From an uncultured Acidimicrobiia bacterium (GTDB lineage Bacteria; Actinomycetota; Acidimicrobiia; Acidimicrobiales; JACDCH01), in the NCBI GenBank assembly GCA_963802415.1, contig CAWDIH010000001.1, forward strand, positions 2,633,000-2,696,999: DNA of 64,000 nucleotides. Direction: 5' to 3'. Position numbers and translations under genes: made by a program. The notes under the pieces were generated by a model. The model had not been told where the DNA came from, did not search any database, and saw nothing but the letters and a program-made list of their open reading frames with translations. Each line of letters starts with the position of its first letter. Positions within the stretch are counted from its first letter, which is position 1. Shown piece after piece: positions 18,978 through 28,689 of this stretch.

Positions 18978-20276
18978 GTGCATCCGATGATCGACCTCGA
19001 CCAGTTGCGAGCCGCGTTCAACCGACCGCTACCTGCGGACCCCGTCGACCCTGGCGTGGTCCTCGACGAGTTGCAGCGAGCCGCGACGCCGGGGCTGGTC
19101 GCGACCGCGGGGCCGCGCTTCTTCGGCTTCGTGATCGGAGGATCGGTCGACGCCGCCGTGTGTGCGGATCTGCTGGCCACGGGTTGGGATCAGGTGGGCT
19201 TCAACGCGGTGTCCTCGCCGGCGGCCGCGGTCGCCGAAGAGGCCGCCGGTGTCTGGCTGAAGGACCTCCTCGGCATCCCGGAACACGCCACCGTCGGTTT
19301 CGTGACCGGCGGGCAGGCCGCCAACACCGTCGGGCTGCTGGCAGCGCGCCAGCACATACTGCGCGGCGCGGGGTGGGACGTCGAGCGGGACGGTTTGATC
19401 GGGGCGCCTCGCGTGCGGGTGGTCGCCGGCGCGGAGCGGCACGGCACGCTCGATCGGACCCTGCGGTTCATCGGACTGGGCGCAGGCTCCGTGGTCGAGG
19501 TGCCTGCGGACGGCAACGGCGCGATGCGGCCGGATGCGTTGGCCGCGGCGCTCGCCGAAGACCATGACGCGCCGACGATCGTATGCGCGCAGTCGGGCAA
19601 CGTGAACACGGGCGCCTGCGACGACTTGCGGACGATCTGTGAGGCGGCGCGGTCCGTCGGCGCGTGGGTGCACGTCGACGGTGCGTTCGGCCTGTGGGCT
19701 GCTGCCAGCCCGTCGACGCGGCACCTCGTCGACGGCATCCACCTGGCGGACTCGTGGGCGTGCGACGGCCACAAGTGGCTCAACGTGCCGTACGACTCCG
19801 GCTTCGCGTTCTGCGCGCATCCCGAGGTGCACCGCAACGCCATGAGCTACACGGCGGCCTACCTCACCGGCCAGAGCCTCACGGGCACACCGGGGCCGTC
19901 GGACTTGGTGCTCGAGTCGTCGCGCCGCGCCCGCGGGTTCGCAGTGTGGGCCGCGCTGCAGTCACTCGGGCGATCCGGCGTCGCGGACCTCGTCGACCGG
20001 TGTTGCGCACTCGCCCGCAGGTTTGCGAAGCAACTCGACGCCGTCGACGGCTTCGAGGTCGTGAACGACGTCGTCCTCAATCAGGTCCTCGTGCGGTTCG
20101 GCGACCCCGCCGCGACCGACCGCGTGATCGACGCAGTGCAGCGCGAGGGCACGTGCTGGTTCGGCGGGACGACGTGGAACGGTATGCGACTCGCCCGCAT
20201 CTCGGTGTCGAACTGGTCGACGACCGAAGACGACGTCGATCGCTCCGTCGACGCCATCGTGCGCATGGCGCAGTAG
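18978..20276 (+). CDS. PLP-dependent group II decarboxylase-like enzyme
   Basis: PLP-lysine context DGHKWLNVPYDSGF in a fold-type I length protein. The frame is open upstream to about 18903, so the true start is uncertain. Confidence 0.7.
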   Translation: MHPMIDLDQLRAAFNRPLPADPVDPGVVLDELQRAATPGLVATAGPRFFGFVIGGSVDAAVCADLLATGWDQVGFNAVSSPAAAVAEEAAGVWLKDLLGIPEHATVGFVTGGQAANTVGLLAARQHILRGAGWDVERDGLIGAPRVRVVAGAERHGTLDRTLRFIGLGAGSVVEVPADGNGAMRPDALAAALAEDHDAPTIVCAQSGNVNTGACDDLRTICEAARSVGAWVHVDGAFGLWAAASPSTRHLVDGIHLADSWACDGHKWLNVPYDSGFAFCAHPEVHRNAMSYTAAYLTGQSLTGTPGPSDLVLESSRRARGFAVWAALQSLGRSGVADLVDRCCALARRFAKQLDAVDGFEVVNDVVLNQVLVRFGDPAATDRVIDAVQREGTCWFGGTTWNGMRLARISVSNWSTTEDDVDRSVDAIVRMAQ

Positions 20277-20286
20277 CTTCCGGCCC

Positions 20287-21165
20287 GTGAAAGTCGGAGC
20301 CTTCGTCCCGATCGGGACGCTCAACGCCAATCCGGATTTCCTGCGTACGCTCGGGACCGCGCTCGAAGAGCGCGGGTTCGAGTCTGTGTGGGTCGCGGAG
20401 CACATCGTCTTGTTCGACGACTACGCGAGCCACTACCCGTACGCCGACGACGGGAGGTTCCCAGGCGGCGGCGACACTGGCCTGCTCGAACCGCTGACGG
20501 CCCTGTCGTATCTCGCCGCGGTCACGGACAACGTCCGGCTCGGCACCGGCATCTGCCTCGTTCCTCAGCGCAACCCCGTGTACACCGCGAAGCAGGTCGC
20601 CGATGTCGACGTGCTGTCGGGAGGACGCGTCGACTTCGGCGTCGGTGTCGGCTGGCTGCGTGAGGAGTTCGAGGCTCTCGCCATGCCGTTCGAGCATCGC
20701 GGCCCGAGGACTCGTGAGCATCTCGAAGTCATGAAGGAGCTGTGGACGAAGGAAACGGCGTCGTTCAAGGGTGAGTACTACGAACTTCCGGCGTGCCGGT
20801 TGTACCCGAAGCCGGTGCAGCAACCGCATCCCCCGATCCACTTCGGGGGCGAGACGACGGCGGCGCTGCAGCGAGTCGCGGATCTCGGGCAGGGATGGTA
20901 CGGGTTCAATCGGACGCCCGAAGAAGTCCCGGATGCGCTGGCGAACCTCGACCGGTTGCTCGAGGCCCGCGGACGGTCACGAGACGAGATCGAGATCAGT
21001 GTGTGCCCGTACTTCAAGGGTGCGGATCGCGACGCGTTGTCGCGCTACCGCGACCTCGGCGTCGACCGCGTCATCGCGGTGTTGCTCGCGTTCGACCGCG
21101 ACGGGCTGTTGCGCGCCGCCGACGAGCTGGCGAAGGAGCTGGTGGAACCTGGGCGCGCGATGTAG
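20287..21165 (+). CDS. LLM-class (luciferase-like) F420-dependent oxidoreductase
   Basis: 292 aa with the typical LLM pattern FESVWVAEH...LGTGICLVPQRNP...GGRVDFGVGVGW. Confidence 0.75.
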   Translation: MKVGAFVPIGTLNANPDFLRTLGTALEERGFESVWVAEHIVLFDDYASHYPYADDGRFPGGGDTGLLEPLTALSYLAAVTDNVRLGTGICLVPQRNPVYTAKQVADVDVLSGGRVDFGVGVGWLREEFEALAMPFEHRGPRTREHLEVMKELWTKETASFKGEYYELPACRLYPKPVQQPHPPIHFGGETTAALQRVADLGQGWYGFNRTPEEVPDALANLDRLLEARGRSRDEIEISVCPYFKGADRDALSRYRDLGVDRVIAVLLAFDRDGLLRAADELAKELVEPGRAM

Positions 21166-21178
21166 CGCGAGTGACTCG

Positions 21179-22282
21179 TCACCTGAACTCGGGGATGACG
21201 TGCTTTCCGATCAGGTCGATGGTCTGCATGACCTTGTCATGCGGGATCTTGTAGGGGTTCACGAGGCACAGCAGCAGCTCGACGCCTGCTTCTTCGTAGC
21301 GCTTGCATGCTTCGAGACAATCGTCGGGAGTCCCGACGGCCGACGCACCGGACTCGGCGAGGTACTCGAGGCTGAGCAGGTCGAGTGAGCCTTCGCGGTC
21401 CACGCGCTTCATGTCGCCCGCGTAGGCGTAGTTACCGAGGTCCTCCTGCTTCTCCGCCATCCAGTCCGCCACTGAGGCGATGAGGCGCGCCCCCTTCCTC
21501 GGATACCACTCGAACGACTCGCGCGCGTTCTCCCACGCTTCCTCGCGTGTCGGCGCGCACAACACCATGGTGAACGTCGCGGCTTCGTTGTGAACGTACG
21601 CGCCGACAGGCTGCGTGCAATTCGCAACGCCTTCTCGGTAGATGTCGATGCTGGCCTTGACCTGCTCGGGCGGAACGCCCACGGCGAACGAGCAGAGACC
21701 GAGACCGAGCTCGCCGACTTGGCGATGGCCGTCCGGACTCGACGTCGCGCCCCACAACGGCGGGTGCGGCTTCTGCATCGGCTTCGGCAGGACGCGGCGC
21801 CTGGGCATCTGCCAGTGCTCGCCGGCGAACTCGTACTCGTCGTTCGTCCAGCAGCCGACGACGTGCTCGATCGCCTCCTTCCACATGCCGCGGGTCTCGT
21901 GAGGATCGATGCCGAAGCCCTCGAGCTCGGGGCGGGTGGCGGACCGTCCCGTCCCGAAGTCGACTCGGCCGCCGGAGATCAGGTCGAGCACCGCCACGGA
22001 TTCGGCAGTGCGCACCGGATGGTTGTACGGCTTCGGCATGAGCCGCACGCCGTAGCCGATACGGATGCGCTCCGTCTTCGCCGCGATCGCGCCGTACAGG
22101 ACCTCAGGGTTCGAGCAGTGGCTGTACTCCTCGAGGAAGTGGTGTTCGACGGTCCAGATCGCGTCGAAGCCGGCACGTTCGCCGGCTATGACCTGTTCGA
22201 TGGTGTCGAGGTAGGCCTGCCGCTCGCTGTCAGGGCCCCACGGACGTGCGACAGGGATCTCGTAGAACAGGGCGAATCTCAT
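21179..22282 (-). CDS. LLM-class flavin-dependent oxidoreductase
   Basis: 367 aa, MRFALFYEIP...FDAIWTVEHHF...GGRVDFGTGRS, luciferase-like monooxygenase family pattern. Confidence 0.8.
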   Translation of the reverse strand: MRFALFYEIPVARPWGPDSERQAYLDTIEQVIAGERAGFDAIWTVEHHFLEEYSHCSNPEVLYGAIAAKTERIRIGYGVRLMPKPYNHPVRTAESVAVLDLISGGRVDFGTGRSATRPELEGFGIDPHETRGMWKEAIEHVVGCWTNDEYEFAGEHWQMPRRRVLPKPMQKPHPPLWGATSSPDGHRQVGELGLGLCSFAVGVPPEQVKASIDIYREGVANCTQPVGAYVHNEAATFTMVLCAPTREEAWENARESFEWYPRKGARLIASVADWMAEKQEDLGNYAYAGDMKRVDREGSLDLLSLEYLAESGASAVGTPDDCLEACKRYEEAGVELLLCLVNPYKIPHDKVMQTIDLIGKHVIPEFR

Positions 22283-23078
22283 GGCCGGTCACAATACGGG
22301 GATGGCTGGAGCCGAAGGGAAGCTGGCGGGCAAGGTCGTCCTGGTCACCGGCGCGGCGTCGGGCATCGGACAGGCGACGGTTCGGCGGATCGAGGCCGAC
22401 GGCGGCATCGCGGTCGGCGCGGATGTAGCCGCCGATGGAGCGCGTGCCGTCGACGTGCGCGACGACACCGCAGTCGGCGCGTTGATCGACGGGATCGTCG
22501 CGGAGCACGGACGCATCGACGGCGTCGTGACTGCGGCCGGTGTTGCCGGCGGCGGGCCGGTGCATCTCGTCGACGGTCCGGAGTGGGAGCGCGTGCTCGG
22601 GGTCAACCTGACCGGCACGTTCCTCGTCTGCCGGCACGCGGTGCGCCACATGCTCGAACAGGAGCCGGTGGACGATGAGCGTGGCTCGATCGTGACGATC
22701 GCCAGCGTCGAGGGCATTGAGGGCACCGCGGGAGGATCGTCCTACAACGCGTCGAAGGGCGGCGTCGTGTTGCTCACGAAGAACATGGCGATCGACTACG
22801 GACCTCGCAGCATTCGGGCCAATGCCATCTGTCCCGGCTTCATCGACACGCCGATGACCGAAGGCATCTTCGGGATGGAGGGCATGGAGGAGTCACGCAG
22901 GCTGATCATCGAAGAGCACGCGCTGCGCCGCTTCGGCCGTCCCGATGAGATCGCCGCCGTCGCCGCCTTCTTGCTCTCGTCCGATGCGTCGTTCGTGAGC
23001 GGGCAGGCGATCGCCGTCGATGGTGGCTACACGGCCGGACGCGACCACGGCGTCACCCGGGTGCTGGGCCTCTCGTAG
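22281..23078 (+). CDS. SDR-family oxidoreductase
   Basis: TGAASGIGQA cofactor motif and YNASKGG catalytic motif. The internal ATG at 22302 is an alternative start that avoids head-to-head overlap with the LLM gene. Confidence 0.85.
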   Translation: MAGHNTGMAGAEGKLAGKVVLVTGAASGIGQATVRRIEADGGIAVGADVAADGARAVDVRDDTAVGALIDGIVAEHGRIDGVVTAAGVAGGGPVHLVDGPEWERVLGVNLTGTFLVCRHAVRHMLEQEPVDDERGSIVTIASVEGIEGTAGGSSYNASKGGVVLLTKNMAIDYGPRSIRANAICPGFIDTPMTEGIFGMEGMEESRRLIIEEHALRRFGRPDEIAAVAAFLLSSDASFVSGQAIAVDGGYTAGRDHGVTRVLGLS

Positions 23079-23080
23079 CG

Positions 23081-23629
23081 TCAGAGTGTCTTGAACGCAG
23101 GAAGCGTGGCGTCCTTCTCGGAGATCTGTGAACGATCGTCGACGTCGACCGGCAGCGGCCACTCGATACCGAGTGCGGGATCGAGAGGATTGACCGCAGT
23201 TCCCGCCATGCCCGGAACCCATTCGTTGTCGAAGCAGTACAGGTACTGCGTGGGTGCGTCGCCGAGCGATTGGAAGCCGTTGCAGACGCCCTTCGGAACG
23301 AGCACCTGCTTTCCGGCCGTCAGACGCACCGTGGCCACCTGCCCGTACGTCGGCGACTCGGTGCGCGCGTCCACATACGCGCCGAACGCTTCACCGCTCG
23401 CTACCGCGACCAACTTGTAGATCTGCTCGCCGTGCAGTCCCCGCACCGCACCCGGCTTCGTCTCCGTGATGTTCACCTGCAGCCACGGCCCGAGCGACGG
23501 CAAACCCATCTCCGTCCAGGCGGACTCACGGTAGAACTCACGCACCACGCCCCGGTCGTCCTCGACCTGCTTCATCGTTATGACCACGAGGCCCTCGATC
23601 TCGGTCTCCTCGACCGCCATGTCTGTCAT
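23081..23629 (-). CDS. dTDP-4-dehydrorhamnose 3,5-epimerase-like cupin (RmlC family)
   Basis: ATG 23629 in ORF 23081..23929. DDRGVVREFYR and RGLHGEQ resemble RmlC motifs. 182 aa. Confidence 0.7.
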   Translation of the reverse strand: MTDMAVEETEIEGLVVITMKQVEDDRGVVREFYRESAWTEMGLPSLGPWLQVNITETKPGAVRGLHGEQIYKLVAVASGEAFGAYVDARTESPTYGQVATVRLTAGKQVLVPKGVCNGFQSLGDAPTQYLYCFDNEWVPGMAGTAVNPLDPALGIEWPLPVDVDDRSQISEKDATLPAFKTL

Positions 23630-23700
23630 CCGCACCCCCATTAGCTTCCTCAGACAGGGGCCGAGGTTAGAACCCGGCGCTCGCACGTCAGTCCGCGGCA

Positions 23701-23747
23701 ACCATCGTGCATTGACACGTCTACCGGCTGAGTCAATGCACGATGGT
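23701..23747. repeat. 47-nt palindromic element, copy 1 (arms ACCATCGTGCATTGAC / GTCAATGCACGATGGT, 15-nt spacer)
   Basis: Perfect 16/16 inverted repeat read directly. It lies in the divergent spacer between the RmlC-like gene and the DUF559 gene, 28 nt before ATG 23775. Confidence 0.8.
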
Positions 23748-23774
23748 CGGCTGTGGGGAGCCGAGCCCGGCTCG

Positions 23775-24740
23775 ATGTCACACCCTGTCGGCAGGATGGC
23801 GCTCATGTTCGACCATTCCTTCGACCGCCGCATCGAGATGTTGGCTCGACGGCAGTGCGGCGCGTTCAGCCATGCGCAACTCATTCGAACCGGCGGATCC
23901 GACGAGATGCTCGCCACACGGATACGCACGGGCCAGTTCCTCCGGCTCGATGCGGCTGTGTACGCGCTCGCTTCGTATCCGGGCAGCTTTCACCGGCAGT
24001 GCTGGGCCGCCGTTCTCGGTACGCCTGGCGCGGCACTCGGGGGTTTGGCCGCTGCTCATCTTCTGGCGTTCGCCGGTTTCGCACCAGGACGTCCGGAGAT
24101 CGTCGTCGGCCCGACCGGAAACGCCCGAAGTGCAATCGCAGTGGTGCGCCGGTACGAGAAGCCTGCTTTGACCAATGTCGATGGTCTTGCGATCACGACG
24201 CCGGCGCAGACGCTCTTCGACATCGCGTCGAGAGTCACCATCGACCGGCTCGAGCGCACCGTCGACGACCTGCTTGTGGCGAGACGGATCACAGTCGACG
24301 AGCTCGACGAGCGACTTGCGTTCTACGAGGACACTCGTCGCGCTGGCATGCGAGTCATGCGGCCGCTGATCGCGGACCGGCGTGCCGAGGGTTTCGTCCC
24401 GCCCGCGAGTGAGCTCGAGCGGCGCGCCGACCGCATTGTTCGCCGGCTCCAGGGCAAGCCTCGTGTGGAAGTCGAGGCGAGCTTCGCTTGGCTCGATCGT
24501 GGCCGAGGACGGGTCGACCGCTATCTCCCCGACGAAGGCATCATCCTCGAGTTCGACGGGCGACGCTGGCACACGAGAGTTGCCGACTTCGATCGCGATC
24601 GATGGCGCGACGCCCAGGCCGTCGCGGCGGGACTCGTACCACTCCGGTTCACATACGCGCACGTCACGACACGACCGACCGAGGTGCTCGAAGTCATCGA
24701 GCGGACGCGCCGAGTCCGACGCCGTCGTTCCGCCGCTTGA
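23775..24740 (+). CDS. AbiEi-like wHTH N-domain plus C-terminal DUF559 (Vsr/PD-(D/E)xK-like endonuclease fold) protein
   Basis: N-terminus RRQCGAFSHAQLIRTGGSDEMLATRIRTGQFLRLDAAVYAL (AbiEi_4-like). C-terminus ILEFDGRRWHTRVADFDRDRWRDAQAVAAGLVPLRFTYAHV (DUF559-like). ATG 23796 is an alternative start. Confidence 0.75.
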   Translation: MSHPVGRMALMFDHSFDRRIEMLARRQCGAFSHAQLIRTGGSDEMLATRIRTGQFLRLDAAVYALASYPGSFHRQCWAAVLGTPGAALGGLAAAHLLAFAGFAPGRPEIVVGPTGNARSAIAVVRRYEKPALTNVDGLAITTPAQTLFDIASRVTIDRLERTVDDLLVARRITVDELDERLAFYEDTRRAGMRVMRPLIADRRAEGFVPPASELERRADRIVRRLQGKPRVEVEASFAWLDRGRGRVDRYLPDEGIILEFDGRRWHTRVADFDRDRWRDAQAVAAGLVPLRFTYAHVTTRPTEVLEVIERTRRVRRRRSAA

Positions 24741-24746
24741 CGCCCG

Positions 24747-24793
24747 ACCATCGTGCATTGACGCGCCTACTGGACGTGTCAATGCACGACAGT
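24747..24793. repeat. 47-nt palindromic element, copy 2 (left arm identical to copy 1, right arm GTCAATGCACGACAGT, 15-nt spacer)
   Basis: Starts 6 nt after the DUF559 gene stop and ends 82 nt before the flavodoxin-like start. Shares a 3' tail with copy 1 (GTCG..GTGG..GGG). Confidence 0.8.
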
Positions 24794-24874
24794 CGCAGTG
24801 GTGGGGTGTCGGGGACGCGTCGCGGTGACGCTGGACGGTCGGTGGCGCACACACCTCTGCTAGAACGACCGGCG

Positions 24875-25303
24875 GTGAGGGTGGTGGTGCTGTACGAGTC
24901 GATGACGGGGAACACGCGTCGTGCGGCCGAGTTGATCGGTGGGGCGGTTGCGGCGACGGGTGCCGAGGTGTCGGTGTACCCGGTCACGAATCCGGATCTG
25001 CACCGACTCTCGGTTGCCGACCTCGTGTTCGTCGGCACTTGGGTCGACGGGCTCGTCCTGTTCGGACAGCGGCCTGGCCGCGCCACCCGCTTGTGGAACC
25101 TGCCGGTGCTCGACCACAAGCCTGTGGCCGTGTTCTGCACGTACGCGATCAACGCGGGGAAGGCGCTCGACAAGACGGTCGCGATCCTCGAAGCGAAGGG
25201 CGCTCGCGTCGTCGGCCGCCGTCAGTTCCGGCGTGACCGCATCGAGCAGGGTGTCCAGGAATTCGTCGACGACGTCCTGCAGTCGGTGCCGGCCCGCCCA
25301 TAG
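24875..25303 (+). CDS. flavodoxin-family protein
   Basis: VVVLYESMTGNTRRAAE FMN-loop motif at the N-terminus. GTG 24875 was chosen within ORF 24488..25303; the start is uncertain within a few codons. Confidence 0.65.
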   Translation: MRVVVLYESMTGNTRRAAELIGGAVAATGAEVSVYPVTNPDLHRLSVADLVFVGTWVDGLVLFGQRPGRATRLWNLPVLDHKPVAVFCTYAINAGKALDKTVAILEAKGARVVGRRQFRRDRIEQGVQEFVDDVLQSVPARP

Positions 25304-25310
25304 CGGGCTC

Positions 25311-26609
25311 CTAGCGGGAACAACTCCTCGTCACCCGGTACACCTGGTACGCGGCGTTCGTGTCGACCGGTTGCACCGCGACGCCGTTGACGCAGCTGGA
25401 ACCGCCCCACGCCAGGTCGTCGAGCAGCTCCTGTTCGTTCGTCCTGAACTTCCGGTACCGAGGGTCGACTACCACGTAGTCGACCCGCCGGCGAGTGAGG
25501 AACCGGGCATAGGCCGCCTCGTCCCGGAAGCTCCGCCGGTACATGCTCTCGGGGAAGAACTCGGAATCGATCCGTCCGCCGGCGCGAACGATCGAGTACT
25601 GGCCGTACTTCGCGTCGCCGAAGGCGAGCACGCGGTACGTCGCGCCGGGAACGAACGCGGACGACTCGGAGAACGCGCTCACCGAGTTGGTCGGCCGCCG
25701 ATTGAGCGCACTCCATCCCGCGGCCATCCCGGAGAACGGGACGGTCACGAGCTGCGAGAGCACCATGACCCCCGCGAGCACCATGGGTGCGCGCCGCCGC
25801 CAACCCGAGCGCTGCACCGACACCAACGCCATCGGGACGAGGAACACCAGCGACCGCAGCGCGACGGTCTCGAACTCGATCCACACCGTGTAGAGCAGCG
25901 AGTTCTGCGAGGCCACGGGGGAGGCAAATACCAGCACTGCCGCCGGCAGGGAGATAACGAGTGACACCAACCATCCGACCACCAATGCCCGCCGGTGTGG
26001 CTCCCCTCGGTAGCGCAGGACGACGAGCAGCGCAGTCAAGGGAACCAGCACCGCCGCGTGCGTGAGCTGCGCGAGCCCGGCGAGGACGACCGCGAGCTTC
26101 CGCCGATCGCGCCGCCAGCACCCGACCGCGAGCATCAGCATCGCTGCCGCCCACAGGAACGGCAGCTGCCCGAGGAGCAGGGCTTCGACGAGGGCGGGAT
26201 TGACGAGCACCGCCACGGCCCACCAACCGCGCCGCAGCTCCGGGAAGGTCCAGAACGTAGACAGCACCAGCCCCACGAAGCCGGCACCGAGCACGAAGGT
26301 CACGCTCCACTCACCCATGAGCGGCCACAGCAGGACCGCAACCATCCAAGGGATGAACGCGTAGGGGAACGCGAGCGCACTTCCGTGTGCGAGGACCGGC
26401 ATGTGGAACGGCAGGCCGTTCCCGTGCCACAGCTGTTGGGACACGAACCACACGTGGATGTAGTTCGACAGCGTGTCGCTCGAGATCACCTCGCGGTGAC
26501 GCAGGAGCAAGCCGAGGATCACGAGCCAGACCGCGATCACGACCGATCTCGCGGACGCGACCACTGCGTTCGACGCGCAAGTTGACCGGTGCCTCGGCAC
26601 TACCGTCAT
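25311..26609 (-). CDS. polytopic membrane protein with C-terminal soluble domain (possible GT-C-type glycosyltransferase)
   Basis: 432 aa with about 9-11 hydrophobic segments followed by a ~120-aa hydrophilic tail. Lies in a sugar-modification cluster. No diagnostic motif recognised. Start is uncertain because it overlaps the divergent gene. Confidence 0.55.
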   Translation of the reverse strand: MTVVPRHRSTCASNAVVASARSVVIAVWLVILGLLLRHREVISSDTLSNYIHVWFVSQQLWHGNGLPFHMPVLAHGSALAFPYAFIPWMVAVLLWPLMGEWSVTFVLGAGFVGLVLSTFWTFPELRRGWWAVAVLVNPALVEALLLGQLPFLWAAAMLMLAVGCWRRDRRKLAVVLAGLAQLTHAAVLVPLTALLVVLRYRGEPHRRALVVGWLVSLVISLPAAVLVFASPVASQNSLLYTVWIEFETVALRSLVFLVPMALVSVQRSGWRRRAPMVLAGVMVLSQLVTVPFSGMAAGWSALNRRPTNSVSAFSESSAFVPGATYRVLAFGDAKYGQYSIVRAGGRIDSEFFPESMYRRSFRDEAAYARFLTRRRVDYVVVDPRYRKFRTNEQELLDDLAWGGSSCVNGVAVQPVDTNAAYQVYRVTRSCSR

Positions 26610-26615
26610 CGGCCG

Positions 26616-27848
26616 ATGCGATGGCCGTCGCGAACTTCAGCTTCATCGCCGACGGCCCGTTCGATCGCTGTTGGTCACGGAATCGCCGCGCTGGGAGCGG
26701 TGTTGTTCGCGTCGGCTACGGGCAGCAGCGCGCTCAGCACGGTTTCGGTCACGACCGCGTCGCTGCTGATCGCCGCGATTTCCGCACGCGCCGGCGCCTT
26801 GTCGGTGCGGCGCGCCGCGCTGGTACCCGTCGGCGTCATTGCGGTAGGAGTGGCGTGCGCGTTGCTCGCGGTCACGTTGCGCGGCGTGATCACGCTTCCG
26901 ATAGCCGCGGTGCTCGGTGTCGGCATCGGCATCGCGATGCCCGACGTCGAGGGTCTCGATCGCCGCACGATCGGTCTCGGCGTCGTCGCCGGCGTGCTCG
27001 AGTTGACCGTCTGCGCGCTCATCGGCGGGCGCGTCGCCGGACTCTGGTGCGTCGCAATCATCGGCCTCGGTGTCGGTGTGGTGTCGATCGCCGCCGCGCC
27101 GCGCGAACACGCCGATCTCGGGCGCGTCGGCCTCGCGCTCGTCACCGCGACCGCGCTGCTCGCGGGTGGGCTCGTGGCGTGGGTGGGGGCGAACGATCCC
27201 ACCGTCGAGTGGTTCGGCAACGTCATCGCGCACGGTGACCGCTCGCAGCCGCGGGTGGCGCTCACGTTCGATGACGGGCCAGATGATCCTTACACCATGT
27301 CGGTGGCCGGCATTCTCGACAATCGCGGCGTGAAGGGAACGTTCTTCGAGGTGGGCAACGCGATCGATGCGCGCCCGGACATCACCCGCGCCCTGCTGGC
27401 CGATGGCCAGCTCGTCGCGAATCACTCGTACCACCATGACTATTGGCGTTGGCTCGATCCTCGTTACCCGGAGCTCGACCGCACCCAGGAGGCCTTTCAA
27501 CGGGCCGTGGGCAAGTGTCCCGCGTTCTTCCGACCCCCACACGGTCAGCGCACGCCGTTCATGCTCGCACAGGTCCGGGCCGAGGGCATGCATGCAGTGA
27601 CCTGGGATACCTCGGCCAAGGACTGGGTCGAGCGCGATGGAAGGGTCGTAGCCGACCGCATCGTGGACCGAGCGCGTCCGGGGTCGATCATCCTGCTGCA
27701 CGACGGCCTCGACGGCAGCGTCGACGCTGATCGCTCGGTGCTGTTGACGGCTCTTCCGCTCATCATCGACGGTCTACGCGCCAAAGGTCTCGAACCGGTG
27801 CGGCTGGACGATCTGCTCGGTCTGCCCGGCTACCTCGACCGGTGCTGA
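26616..27848 (+). CDS. membrane-anchored polysaccharide deacetylase (NodB homology domain)
   Basis: N-terminal half has about 6 TM segments. The C-terminal half has NodB motifs ALTFDDGP, HSYHH, RPPHG and LLHDG. ATG 26616 lies inside ORF 26589..27848. Confidence 0.8.
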   Translation: MRWPSRTSASSPTARSIAVGHGIAALGAVLFASATGSSALSTVSVTTASLLIAAISARAGALSVRRAALVPVGVIAVGVACALLAVTLRGVITLPIAAVLGVGIGIAMPDVEGLDRRTIGLGVVAGVLELTVCALIGGRVAGLWCVAIIGLGVGVVSIAAAPREHADLGRVGLALVTATALLAGGLVAWVGANDPTVEWFGNVIAHGDRSQPRVALTFDDGPDDPYTMSVAGILDNRGVKGTFFEVGNAIDARPDITRALLADGQLVANHSYHHDYWRWLDPRYPELDRTQEAFQRAVGKCPAFFRPPHGQRTPFMLAQVRAEGMHAVTWDTSAKDWVERDGRVVADRIVDRARPGSIILLHDGLDGSVDADRSVLLTALPLIIDGLRAKGLEPVRLDDLLGLPGYLDRC

Positions 27849-28686
27849 GCCCGACGAAGGAGGCCGCGGAGAGTCGCCAGACCGGTCACCGCGGCTGCGG
27901 CCGTGACCGCCAGCGGCGGCGCGAGGCTCGGTACCTCTTTGCCCGGCGGACGTCGCACCGTGACACGAAACGCCGCCATGGGGATCGCAGCAAGATCGAT
28001 GAACACATCCACCATGCGCGTGCGGCTTCGATACACGGGTACCGGCACGAGCACGTCGTTGCGCACGCGGTAGCCGAGCCGGCAGAGCACAACCGCCACT
28101 TCGACCGTCTCCGAGTACTTGTACCCGCGGTAGTACGTCGAGCGCGTCGGCGAGCGCTCCGAGCCGGAAGATGCGGTAACCGGACTCGACGTCGTGCAGA
28201 CGGTGACCTGCCCACAGCGTTGCCCACGCCGAGAGCAGTCCATTGCCCGCTTGCTTGTACGGCGGGTACGTCGACAGGTCCCGACGAACGAGCAGGGCGT
28301 CGAGCTTCTCGTCGACCGCGCGCCGGTGCAGGTCGTCGATCACGTCGAGGTCGTGCTGTCCGTCCGCATCGACCGTGAACACGAGGTCGTCGGGCGAGAG
28401 CTCGCCATCGCGCATTCGCCGGCGAAGGTCGGTGAACGCGAGGTAGTAGGCGGCCGACATGCCTTGGTTCTCGTCGAAGCAAAGGAGCCGCGGCATGGTC
28501 GTGCCGCGGCAGCCACGCTTCGATCTCGTCCCGCGTGCGATCCGTCGAGCCATCGTCGACGACGACGAGCTCGTCGACGAAGTAGCTCAGCTTGTCGAGC
28601 ACCTGCGCGACGGTGGGTTCCTCGTTGTACGCGGGAACGACCGCTATGCGGCGGGTGCTTCCAGGCCGGTCGGAGTCAGGAAGCAC
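27830..28686 (-). pseudogene. family 2 glycosyltransferase (polyprenyl-phosphate sugar synthase/ArnC-like), two frameshifts (near 28500 and 28137)
   Basis: Three frames carry RIAVVPAYNEEPTVAQVL..VVVDDGSTDRT, then PRLLCFDENQGMSAAYY..VDADGQHD..ESGYRIFR, then YYRGYKYSETVEVAVVLCRLGYRV plus a hydrophobic tail. Confidence 0.75.
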
Positions 28687-28689
28687 CGG

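Noticed and set aside
23701-24793. Integron-like cassette (gene flanked by attC-like imperfect palindromes)
   Set aside because: The arms do not resemble the attC R'/R'' cores (GTTRRRY/RYYYAAC). No intI integrase or attI site is present in the window, and only one bracketed gene is seen.
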